This document shows, piece by piece, positions 52,495-64,000 of a stretch of 64,000 nt of DNA; position 1 is the first letter of the stretch; every line of letters starts with the position of its first letter. The stretch is from positions 1 to 64,000 of the forward strand of contig JAUCBJ010005264.1 of the NCBI GenBank assembly GCA_032718475.1. Reading direction: 5' to 3'. The notes beneath the pieces were generated by a model, which was not told the DNA's origin, ran no database searches, and was given only the letters and a program-made list of their open reading frames with translations. The stretch is from Nemertoderma westbladi. Taxonomy: Eukaryota > Animalia > Xenacoelomorpha. The position numbers and the translations under genes were made by a program.

Positions 52495-52668
52495 GTTGGA
52501 GTTGCCCAGCAACGTTTGGGATTTAGCGAGAAAGATTTTGCCGTTTCGGCATCTAAAAGATTTATCGGCCCGTTGCGAAACTTTCTGGACGGCGACATGA
52601 AAACAATTCAGAAGGAGAAACGAACGCTGGACAACCGCAGACTGGACCTGGATGTTATAAAGAATAAA
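52495..52668 (+). CDS. SH3GLB1: Endophilin-B, exon 4
   Basis: CTAG|VGVAQQRLGFSEKDFAVSASKRFIGPLRNFLDGDMKTIQKEKRTLDNRRLDLDVIKNK|GTTAGT. Confidence 0.93.
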
Positions 52669-52906
52669 GTTAGTGGACCCGGAGGGGTTGACCCCCCCCC
52701 CCCCCCCCCCCCCCCCCACGGTTCACACCATCGGAAAGATAATAAACTAAAAAAACGTTGCAACCCTCCCTCTATCTAAATCTCGATATTAGATTTAAAT
52801 AGGAATAGAGTTGGCGGATTATTTGCTAACTAGTTTGGTATATTTATGCCCTGGTTCCGGTGGTAAGTAATATAAGTGACGGATTCTAGAATAAATAATA
52901 TTTCAG

Positions 52907-53034
52907 ATTCGGAAAGCACCAGCTGCTCAATTGGAAGTGGATTTATCGGTGGCCCAATCAGAGTTCGACAAACAGTCTCAGATAGTGCAGTTGCTATGCG
53001 ACAGTATAGATCAGCACCACGCAAACCAGTTGCG
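52907..53034 (+). CDS. SH3GLB1: Endophilin-B, exon 5
   Basis: TTTCAG|IRKAPAAQLEVDLSVAQSEFDKQSQIVQLLCDSIDQHHANQL(R)|GTGAGT. Confidence 0.92.
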
Positions 53035-53274
53035 GTGAGTTTCTTCCTAAACCAATCAAATTCGCTTTATAATTAAACATAAATTGAGGCGAGCTGATTG
53101 GCTCTCCTTGTTTAATCAATTATATAATTGTCGCAAAAAATATGTATTAAAGAAATATTTTAATGTGTTTTTCTAATTTTTTCTCATTAAGTTTATGAGA
53201 AGTGTGACCGTTTCTAACCATAGTAATAACTTATTTTTACTTTTTATACCTGGGCTACTCCGACACAAGATTTA

Positions 53275-54975
53275 AAAACCATTCCACCAGCTATCCTGGA
53301 GAATGGTTAACCAAAGTATTCCACAAGCTAGATGAAAAAATCGTTGAACGAACCATACCACCAGCATGTTGTGAAAATGGTTCACTAAAGTATTCCACCA
53401 GCTAGCTCGGAGAATGGTTAACCAAACTATTCCACCAGCTAGCGGAGAAAATGGTTAACTAAAGTATTCCACAAGCTAGCGGGGAGTATGGTTAACCAAA
53501 GTATTCCACACAATCTAGATGGAATAATGGTTAATCGAACTATTCCACCAGCTTGCTGTGATACTGGTTAACCAAACTATTCCCACCAACTAGGTGGGTG
53601 AATGGTTAACCGAACTATTCCACCAACTAGAATTGTTTACCAAACTATTTCACCAACTAGAATGGTTAACCAAACTATTCCGCTATCTAGAATTGTTAAC
53701 CAAACTCTTCCACCATCTAGAATGGTTAAACGAACTATTCCACCAACTAGAATGGTTCACCAAACTATTTCACCAACTAGAATGGTTAACCAAACTATTC
53801 TACCAACCCAACTAGAATGGTCAACCAGACTATTCCTCCAACTATAATGGTTAACCAAACTGTTCTACCAACTAGAATGGTTAACCAAACTATACCACCA
53901 TCTAAAATGGTTTACCGAACTATTCCACCAACTAGAATGGTTAACCAAACTATTCCACCATCGATGATGGTTAACCGAACTATTCTACCAACTGTAATGG
54001 TTAACCAACCTATTCCACCAAATATAATGGTTAACCAAACTATTCCACCAGCTAACTGGGAGAATGGTAAACCAAACTATTCCACCAACTAGAACGGTTA
54101 TCCAAACTATACCACCATCTAAAATGGTTTACGAAATATTCCACCAACTAGAATGGTTAACCAAAGTATTCTACCAACTAGAATGGTTAACCAAACTATT
54201 CCACCAACTAGAACGGTTATCCAAACTATACCACCATCTAAAATGGTTTACCGAACTATTCCACCAACTAGAATGGTTAACCAAACTATTCCACCATCGA
54301 TGATGGTTAACCGAACTATTCTACCAACTGTAATGGTTAACCAACCTATTCCACCAAATATAATGGTTAACCAAACTATTCCACCAGCTAACTGGGAGAA
54401 TGGTAAACCAAACTATTCCACCAACTAGAACGGTTATCCAAACTATACCACCATCTAAAATGGTTTACGAACTATTCAACCAACTAGAATGTTTAACCAA
54501 AGTATTCCACCAACTAGAATGGTTAACCAATCTATTCCACCAACTATAATGGTCAACCAAACTATTCCACCAACTAGAATGGTTAACAAGCTGTTCCACC
54601 AACTAGAGAATGGTTAACCAAACTATTCCACCAACTAGAACGGTTATCCAAACTATACCACCATCTAAAATGGTTTACCGAACTATTCCACCAACTAGAA
54701 TGGTTAACCAAACTATTCCACCATCGATGATGGTTAACCGAACTATTCTACCAACTGTAATGGTTAACCAACCTATTCCACCAAATATAATGGTTAACCA
54801 AACTATTCCACCAGCTAACTGGGAGAATGGTAAACCAAACTATTCCACCAACTAGAATGGTCAGCCAAACTATTCCACCAACTAGAATGGTTAACAAAAC
54901 TGTCCCAACAAGTAGAATGGCTAAACAAACTATTCCACTTAATGGAATGATTAACCAAACTATTCAACCAGCTTG
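53275..54975. repeat. ~30-bp minisatellite (AATGGTTAACCAAACTATTCCACCAACTAG)n with higher-order duplications, in intron 5
   Basis: Direct periodicity. A multi-unit block ending CAGCTAACTGGGAGAATGG occurs three times. Confidence 0.95.
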
Positions 54976-55002
54976 CTAGGAATGTTTCATTATTTATTTC
55001 AG

Positions 55003-55138
55003 CTGCCTTCGGGATTTTGTTGAGGCACAAGATAAACACTTCCAGCGCTGTGCCAGTATAACTAGCGAACTCAGACTCTCATTGGATAGCATTCTCGGCG
55101 TCCAATCACAACATTCCTCACCGCCGCCTTACACTCAG
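55003..55138 (+). CDS. SH3GLB1: Endophilin-B, exon 6 (end of BAR domain and linker); SH3 exon(s) beyond the window
   Basis: TTTCAG|CLRDFVEAQDKHFQRCASITSELRLSLDSILGVQSQHSSPPPYTQ|GTAATA, in phase with exon 5. Confidence 0.9.
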
Positions 55139-55507
55139 GTAATAATAATTTATAATAAGTGAGTTAAACCGTTACACAAGTTACACCAAACGAGTTAATG
55201 TAATGGAACGATGCCTTTCGTGGCGTAAGCATACTCAAATGATAAATATTTTATGTCGAGAGTAGTAGAGTCTTGGGCGGCTCGGTGACAGTTAGACCAC
55301 ACTGACACCCATTGGGTGTCATATGACACCCAATTGTCACCCAATGGGTTTCATTGGCGCCAGGCGGTCTGGGTGACACCTCCTAATTAGGCTAATTAGA
55401 CCCTAATTAGGAGGTGTCATCAATTAATTAGTACAATTAAACCCTAACAGGTGTCTTATAACTCCTAAATAGGGTTTAATTGATTATCCTAATTAATGAG
55501 ACTGATT

Positions 55508-58274
55508 CACTGTCCAACAAATTTTTGGTCATCTTCTGTAACGTAATAAATTTTAGGTGTTTCTGATGCAGTTTTTCGAGATGATTCCAAATCTGCATTC
55601 AGAATTTCACCAGCACGTATCAAAAAAAAGTTACAGCTGATTTCATATATTTTATAGTTAAGAGTAAAAATCAAGTGTTGGTCATATATTTTATAATACA
55701 GTACACTATAAACACCTTGTAATGACCACTTTTCGGTTTTATGCAATACTCTCCATTGCTTGCCAGTGACTTGTTACTTACCACCAAAACAAGCCCTGTT
55801 TCCCCTCCGTGGCACGTGGAGCCCATGGAGATTCACGGAGGTGTTGGCCCTTAAAAGGGCCGTTTTGGCTGAAGTATTTGAGATGTTATTTACAGATGTA
55901 TTATATATATCGTGTTAGAATGAGTCTAAAAGTGCTTCACATAGTTCATCCTCTTAAACCGCTTTGATGGCTCATCCCTATGTAGCATCCAACAAAAATC
56001 GGCAAGCATTGCAGACGTCCACTTCCCTTGGTATCGCTTTTCCATTGTGAAAATATCCTGATGGAAGCGTTCCCCATGTTCATCACTAACATCTGAACAA
56101 CTTGGTGGAAATAAATCTATATGTGAGTTAAGGAAATGAAGCTTTAGTGACATATTACAGCCCATATCTCTGTAACTGTTTACAAGCTCACTGACAAGTT
56201 CTTTATAGTTGTCACTTCGATGTCTACCAAGGAAGTCTTTACAGACAGCAGTGAATGCACGCCAGGCTCTGACTTCAACTTGGTTCAGGGTTGCTTCAAA
56301 TGCCATAGAGTCTTGAAGGAGTTCACGTATCTGAGGGCCTACAAATATTCCCTCTTTTATCTTTGCATCACTCAATTTCGGGAATTTCGATGAAAGATAG
56401 CTGTATCCATCACCATCTCTATCAAGGGCCTTTACAAACTGCTTTATCAGGCCAAGTTTAATATGTAGCCGTGGGAAAACGATTTTGCTTTTATCTATAA
56501 GTGGTTGATTGGAGATGTTGGCTTCACCGACAGTTGCTATAGTTCGTTGCGGCCACACCTTTCTAATGTAATGTTGAGTCCGGGCTCTACTATCCCATAA
56601 ACAAAAGAAGCAGTTGTACTTTGTGAAGCCAGCTTGTAGTCCAGTTAAAATAGCAACCACTTTCAAGTCTACGCAAACAATCCATTCATGTAACTCATAA
56701 TTAATATGTTCTAGAATGAATCTGATATTGCTATATGACTCTCTTAGCTCAACTGAGTGAGCAATGGGAACAGATGGAAATTTGTTGCCATTATGAAGCA
56801 GGACAGCTTTAATAGAGTACTTGGAAGCATCAATAAATAGTCGCCACTCACTTGGAATGTACTCAACTTCAAAGTATAGAAACAGGGCACTTATGTCGTT
56901 ACAATGACAGAGTTTTCCAACCTTGTGTGAAGAGTTCGGATAGACCACGTGTACGTTTTCGATAAACTGATGTTTTTGTCGTTTTTGAAACCAGATTCCA
57001 TTCCTTTAGTCGAGATCCAAGTAGTTCGCTTTGTGCTTTGGTTAATTGCAAATCGCGACACAGATCATTCAACTCACCCTGGTTAATCAAGTGGGGCTCA
57101 GATGAAACAGCCGCAGTAGAAGAACACTGTTCAACCTCACTGGCTAAACTATTTGTGTCTGTTGCAGATTCCTCTGCAGAGCTAAGCTCTGAGTCTGACA
57201 GTAGGATATCGCCTTTTGGTGGTTCTGGTACCAGAAGAACAGATGAATGAGGTACAGGTCTTATAGCAGACGGAATATTAGGGTATTGGATGGATTCCTT
57301 GTTCTTTAGGTTAAATCCTGCAACTTGCGTCATACAAAAGTAACAATCATTTAAATGATTGTGCTGTTCCCTCCAAACCATAGGAACAGCAAAGAGTGAC
57401 CCCGAACCACTTTGTTTGTTTCCACCTTGTAAGGGTTGTAATACAACGGGAACAACATATATGTGGAGCCTAAGTCTTATTCTGATCTCCAAGTTTAACT
57501 CCAAAATATGCCCAATAGAGTTGACATATATTTCGTGTAATGTTTCGTCGATTGCGGATAACTGTATATTCTCCACAAATATAGCAAAAACTATCAGGGT
57601 TATTGGTGCAAGCTCTTGACATAATGGTATCAGTGTCATATATTTTTAAATAAATCAATAAAAGGAAATGATGATAATATAAATTGTATAATCCAATATA
57701 AGCAAAAATATAGTAAAAGCGTTGTATTTTATTCTGTATTGTGAAGGTACCGGTACTGGGTTGTGAGTAGGCCTACAGTATAGGGCTACAGGAGTGAATC
57801 TTGTAAATGTAAATATTAAAGTTGTCAGGATACAGCAAATAGCAACTAGGGCCTACTGTTAGTGTACTCTGTTTTTGGTACAAAAATGTAAGTATTACTG
57901 CTTACATTTTTGTGTTAGTGTAATTACTTCGTTAACAAATTTTAATTTTATAGGCCTACTGAACACTAATACATATTACAGGAATACTAGTATGGTAGGC
58001 CTACAGTACAGACTAGTATGACACAGCTTGTGTTGTGATAGGACTTGGAAAACGCAATGTCTTTGATGTGTAGTTTCAAATTTCCCACCATGTTTAATAT
58101 AAATCGTTAATACAATTCACAAGATTTGGGAAAAAAATTCAAAATGATTTATCTTTATATTGGTACGTGCTGTGAAAATGCTGAATGCAGATTTGGAATC
58201 AGCGCAAAAAACTGCATCAGTGACACCTAAAATTTATTACGTTACAGAGGATGACCACAATTTGTTGGACAGTG
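55508..58274 (-). mobile_element. Chapaev3 (CMC superfamily) DNA transposon nested in the left TIR of the Polinton-like element
   Basis: ~100-bp imperfect TIRs CACTGTCCAACAAAT... / ...ATTTGTTGGACAGTG surround a transposase. Confidence 0.9.
55926..57622 (-). pseudogene. Chapaev3 transposase, disrupted by one stop and about two frameshifts
   Basis: MSRACTNNPDSFCYICGEY, PMVWREQHNHLNDCYFC, WRLFIDASKYSIKAVLLHNGN, LHIKLGLIKQFVKAL and SDEHGERFHQDI, split across three ORFs. Confidence 0.9.
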
Positions 58275-58711
58275 CGCCCTGACACACAAGGGTTATCAGT
58301 GAGGTCTAACGGTCGCCTAGAGGCCCAAGAGGGTGTCATAAGTGACACCTCAGCTCTTTTATTTATTGGTACTTATTTATTTCTATTTAATTATTTAATT
58401 GTGTTACTTTTACTTTATATATTGATTTCTATTTTTAGAATTACCAATAATTAGTTTTATAAATCACTTTCTAAATGATGTCTTTGTTGACACCGCATTG
58501 CTATATTTAGCCATAGGATATACAGCTTCCTTAATGGTAACTAATTACTCTAGCCTATATCCAGCAGTCTGCAGTTCTATAGTCTGCCGCTAGAGGGCGT
58601 ATTATATGAAAATCAACATCTTCTCTAACTTTGTTATTTTCATTCCGCTTAGGTTTAAACTCGGTAGACATCTACTATATCATAGGCTATATCTTTTACG
58701 GAGTCGCAGAG

Positions 58712-59335
58712 TAGTCTGTGCCTCAGTGCCTCAGTGGGGCATAGTCTGTGCCACAGTGCCTCAGTGAGGCATAGTCTGTGCCTTAGTGCCTCAGTGGGGC
58801 ATAGTCTGTGCCACAGTGCCTCAGTGAGGCATAGTCTGTGTCTTAGTGCCTAGGTGGGGCATAGTCTGTGCCACAGTGCCTCAGTGAGACATAGTCTGTG
58901 CCTCAGTGGGGCATAGTCTGTGCCACAGTGCCTCAGTGAGGCATAGTCTGTGTCTCAGTGCCTCAGTGAGGCATAGTCTGTGCCACAGTGCCTCAGTGAG
59001 GTATAGTCTGTGTCTCAGTGCCTCAGTGGGGCATAGTCTGTGCCACAGTGCCTCAGTGAGGCATAGTCTGTGTCTCAGTGCCTCAGTGAGGCATAGTCTG
59101 TGCCACAGTGCCTCAGTGAGGCATAGTCTGTGTCTCAGTGCCTCAGTGAGGCATAGTCTGTGCCACAGTGCCTCAGTGAGGCATAGTCTGTGTCTCAGTG
59201 CCTCAGTGGGGCATAGTCTGTGCCACAGTGCCTCAGTGAGGCATAGTCTGTGCCTCAGTGCCTCAGTGAGACATAGTCTGTGCCTCAGTGCCTCAGTGAG
59301 ACATAGTCTGTGTCTCAGTGAGGCATAGTCTGTGG
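58712..59335. repeat. 30-bp minisatellite (GCATAGTCTGTGCCACAGTGCCTCAGTGAG) with alternating 60-bp dimer, at the core of the Polinton-like element
   Basis: Direct periodicity. Confidence 0.95.
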
Positions 59336-60368
59336 CTCAAACCTAAAACTCGAGGCTTTAGGAGTGCCTCGGGTCTTAAATCCGAGTCTTTAGCGGCAGA
59401 CTGGAGAACTGCGGGTCGATCAACCTCCTCGGTAAAGTATAGCCTATGTCATAGTAGACCAAGTTTTAGCCTAAATGGTTTAAAAACAATCAAATGAGAT
59501 CAGGTTTTCACTTTGAGACATTTCACCCTCTAGCGGCAGACTGTGGAACTTCAGAATACTCTGTGACTCCGTAATAGATATAGCCTATGATATAGTAGAT
59601 GCCTACCGAGTTTAAACCTTTTCGGAATGAAAATAACAAAGTTAGAGAAGATGTTGATTTTCATATAATACGCCCTCTAGCGGCAGACTATAGAACTGCA
59701 GACTGCTGGATATAGGCTAGAGTAATTAGTTGCCATTAAGGAAGCTGTATACCCTATGGCTAAATATAGCAATGCGGTGTCAACAAAGACATCATTTAGA
59801 AAGTGATTTATAAAACTAATTATTGGTAATTCTAAAAATAGAAATCAATATTAAATAATTTAAAATTAAATAGAAATAAATAAGTACCAATAAATAAAAG
59901 AGCTGAGGTGTCACTTATGACACCCTCTTGGGCCTCTAGGCGACCGTTAGACCTCACTGATAACCCTTGTGTGTCGGGGCGCTAATCAGTCTCATTAATT
60001 AGGATAATCAATTAAACCCTATTTAGGAGTCATAAGACACCTATTGGGGTTTAATTGTACTAATTAATTGATGACACCTCCTAATTAGGGTCTAATTAGG
60101 AGGTTTCTCCCAGACAGTTTGGCGCCAATGACACCCATTGGGTGACAATTGGGTGTCATATGACACCCAATGGGTGTCAGTGTGGTCTAACTGTCACCGA
60201 GCCGCCCAAGACTCTACTACTGTCGTGTTAGGTTAGTTTTATTTCATTAATTTTAAATTAAATTTATTAATATTGTTTTTAATAATATACCACTGAAGAC
60301 GCGCGGGAAGCGTGAAATAGCTATATGGTAAACTAACATTATTTTATATTAGCCGTGGCTCAAGACGC

Positions 60369-63300
60369 TTACACCGTTACACAAGTTACAGCGTTACACA
60401 AGTTACACCCTTACACCATTACACTAGTTACACCGTTACACAAATTACACCATTACACAAGTTGCACCGTTACACAAGTTACACCATTACACAAGTTACA
60501 CCGTTACACAAGTTACACCGTTACACAAGTTACACCGTTACACAAGTTACACCGTTACACAAGTTACACCCTTACACCATTACACAAATTACACCGTTCC
60601 ACAATTACACCGTTACACAAGTTACACCGTTACACAACTTACACCATTACACAAGTTACACCGTTACACAAGTTACGCCATTAAACAAGTTACAACTTTA
60701 CACCGTTACACAAGTTACACCGTTACACAAGTTACACAAGTTACAACGTTACACAAGTTACACCGTTACACAAGTTACACCGTTACACAAGTTACACCGT
60801 TACACCGTTCCACAAGTTACATCGTCACACAAGTTACGCCGTTACACAAGTTACGCCGTTACACAAGTTACACCATTACACAAGTTACACCATTTCACAA
60901 GTTACACCGTTACACAAGTTACATCGTCACACAAGTTACGCCGTTACACAAGTTACGCCGTTACACAAGTTACACCATTACACAAGTTACAACGTTACAC
61001 AAGTTACAACGTTACACCGTTACACAAGTTACACCATTTCACAAGTTACATCGTCACACAAGTTACGCCGTTACACAAGTTACGCCGTTACACAAGTTAC
61101 ACCATTACACAAGTTACACCATTTCACAAGTTACACCGTTACACAAGTCCGTTACACAAGTTACACCATTACACAAGTTACACCATTTCACAAGTTACAC
61201 CGTTACACAAGTTATGCCATTAAACAAGTTACAACTTAACACCGTTACACAAGTTACACCGTTACACAAGTTACAACGTTACACAAGTTACAACGTTACA
61301 CAAGTTACACCGTTACACAAGTTGCACCATTACACAAGTTACAACGTCACACAAGTTACACCGTTACACAAGTTACACCGTTACACAAGTTACACCATTA
61401 ACAAGTTACAACATTACACAAGTTACAACGTAACACCGTTACACAAGTTACACCGTTACACAAGTTACAACATTACACAAGTTACAACGTTACACCGTTA
61501 CACAAGTTACACCATTAAACAAGTTATAACACCGTTACACAAGTTACACCGTTACACAAGTTACAACCTTACACCATTACACTAGTTACACCGTTACACA
61601 AATTACACCATTACACAAGTTACACCGTTACACAAGTTACACCATTACACAAGTTACACCGTTACACAAGTTACACCGTTACACAAGTTACACCGTTACA
61701 CAAGTTACACCGTTACACAAGTTACACCGTTACACAAGTTACACCATTACACAAATTTCACCGTTCCACAAGTTACACCGTTACACAAGTTACACCGTTA
61801 CACAACTTACACCATTACACAAGTTACACCGTTACACAAGTTACGCCATTAAACAAGTTACAACTTTACACCGTTACACAAGTTACACCATTACACAAGT
61901 TACACCGTTACACAAGTTAAAACGTTACACAAGTTACACCGTTACACAAGTTACACCGTTACACAAGTTACACCGTTACACCGTTCCACAAGTTACATCG
62001 TTACACAAGTTACGCCGTTACACAAGTTACGCCGTTACACAAGTTACACCATTACACAAGTTACACCATTTCACAAGTTACACCGTTACACAAGTTATGC
62101 CATTAAACAAGTTACAACTTAACACCGTTACACAAGTTACACCGTTACACAAGTTACAACGTTACACAAGTTACAACGTTACACCGTTACAACGTTACAC
62201 CGTTACACAAGTTGCACCGTTACACAAGTTACGCCGTTACACAAGTTACACCATTACACAAGTTACACCGTTACACAAGTTACAACGTTACACCGTTACA
62301 CAAGTTACACCGTTACACAAGTTACGCCGTTACACAAGTTACACCATTACACAAGTTACAACGTTACACAAGTTACAACGTTACACCGTTACACAAGTTA
62401 CACCGTTACACAAGTTACAACGTTACACAAGTTACACCGTTACACAAGTTACACCGTTACACAAGTTACAACGTTACACCGTTACACAAGTTACACCGTT
62501 ACACAAGTTACAACGTTACACAAGTTACACCGTTACACAAGTTACAACGTTACACCGTTACACAAGTTACACCGTTACACAAGTTACAACGTTACACAAG
62601 TTACACCGTTACACAAGTTACACCGTTACACAAGTTACAACGTTACACCGTTACACAAGTTACACCGTTACACAAGTTACACCGTTACACAAGTTACAAC
62701 GTTACACCGTTACAACGTTACACCGTTTCACAAGTTACACCGTTACACAAGTTACGCCGTTACACAACTTACACCATTACACAAGTTACACCGTTACACA
62801 AGTTACGCCGTTACACACGTTACACACGTTACACCGTTACACAAGTTACGCCGTTACACAAGTTACACCGTTACACAAGTTACAACGTTACACCGTTACA
62901 CAAGTTACACCGTTACACAAGTTACACCGTTACACAAGTTACACCGTTACACCGTTCCACAAGTTACATCGTCACACAAGTTACGCCGTTACACAAGTTA
63001 CGCCGTTACACAAGTTACACCATTACACAAGTTACACCATTTCACAAGTTACACCGTTACACAAGTTACGCCGTTACACAAGTTACACCATTACACAAGT
63101 TACAACGTTACACAAGTTACAACGTTACACCGTTACACAAGTTACACCGTTACACAAGTTACACCGTTACACAAGTTACACCGTTACACCGTTACAACGT
63201 TGCACCGTTACACAAGTTACAACGTTACACAAGTTACACCGTTACACAAGTTACACCGTTACACAAGTTGCACCGTTACACAAGTTACAACGTTACACAA

Positions 63301-64000
63301 GTTACACCGTTACACAAGTTGCACCGTTACACAAGTTACAACGTTACACAAGTTACACCGTTACACAAGTTACACCGTTACACAAGTTACACCGTTACAC
63401 AAGTTACACCGTTACACAAGTTGCACCGTTACACAAGTTACAACGTTACACAAGTTACACCGTTACACAAGTTACACCGTTACACAAGTTACAACGTTAC
63501 ACCGTTACAACGTTACACCGTTACACAAGTTACAACGTTACACAAGTTACACCGTTACACAAGTTGCACCGTTACACAAGTTATAACGTTACACAAGTTA
63601 CAACGTTACACAAGTTACACCGTTACACAAGTTACACCGTTACACAAGTTACAACGTTACACAAGTTACAACGTTACACCGTTACAACGTTACACCGTTA
63701 CACAAGTTACACCGTTACACAAGTTATAACGTTACACAAGTTACACTGTTTCACAAGTTACACCGTTACACGAGTTAGACCGTTACACAAGTTACACCGT
63801 TACACAAGTTACAACGTTACACAAGTTACAACGTTACACAAGTTACAACGTTACACCGTTACAACGTTACACCGTTATACAAGTTACACCGTTACACAAG
63901 TTATAACGTTACACAAGTTACACCGTTACACAAGTTACAACGTTACACAAGTTACAACGTTACACCGTTACACAAGTTACACCGTTACACAAGTTATAAC
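60369..64000. repeat. 17-bp satellite (TTACACCGTTACACAAG)n built from 8+9-bp subunits, running off the window
   Basis: Direct periodicity. Confidence 0.97.

Larger units (their letters stand above)
55261..60221. mobile_element. Non-autonomous Polinton/Maverick-like element with ~0.67-0.69 kb TIRs
   Basis: Termini AGTAGTAGAGTCTTGGGCGGCTCGG / CCGAGCCGCCCAAGACTCTACTACT. 6-bp flanks GTCGAG and GTCGTG. Left arm 55261-55507 plus 58275-58718 is inverted at ~59553-60221. Confidence 0.8.

Noticed and set aside
60355-63729. His/Thr-rich repeat ORFs
   Set aside because: Translation of the 17-bp satellite.

Overview
AT-rich, repeat-dense animal genomic DNA, probably from an invertebrate (the taxon is inferred, not shown). 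Three host genes are visible. (1) An intronless TRAF gene (RING, zf-TRAF, coiled coil, MATH) at 22083-23510 (+). (2) An unidentified spliced gene on the minus strand, with candidate exons at 37983-38014, 37017-37194 and 25236-25626. (3) Six exons of an endophilin-B (SH3GLB) gene at 41500-55138 (+), whose SH3 exon must lie beyond the window. The rest is transposons and tandem repeats. DNA elements: a spliced, stop-containing Helitron Pif1 helicase, a head-to-tail array of non-autonomous Helentron/DINE-1-like units, a non-autonomous Polinton-like element with a nested Chapaev3, and IS3EU-like and TA-TSD MITEs. Retroelements: a deleted BEL/Pao element inside a 33-bp satellite, CRE, RTE, RTEX and L2 LINE fragments, and tRNA-derived Deu/Nin-core SINEs. 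The most striking observation is a ~4.8-kb minisatellite in endophilin intron 3. Its unit is a copy of the exon 3 end plus the splice donor, and it encodes the same QTLVQ|VGV peptide as the spliced exon 3/4 junction. This suggests intron birth or expansion by tandem duplication of an AG|GT-containing coding segment. All calls come from manual reading and motif recognition; no database search was run.
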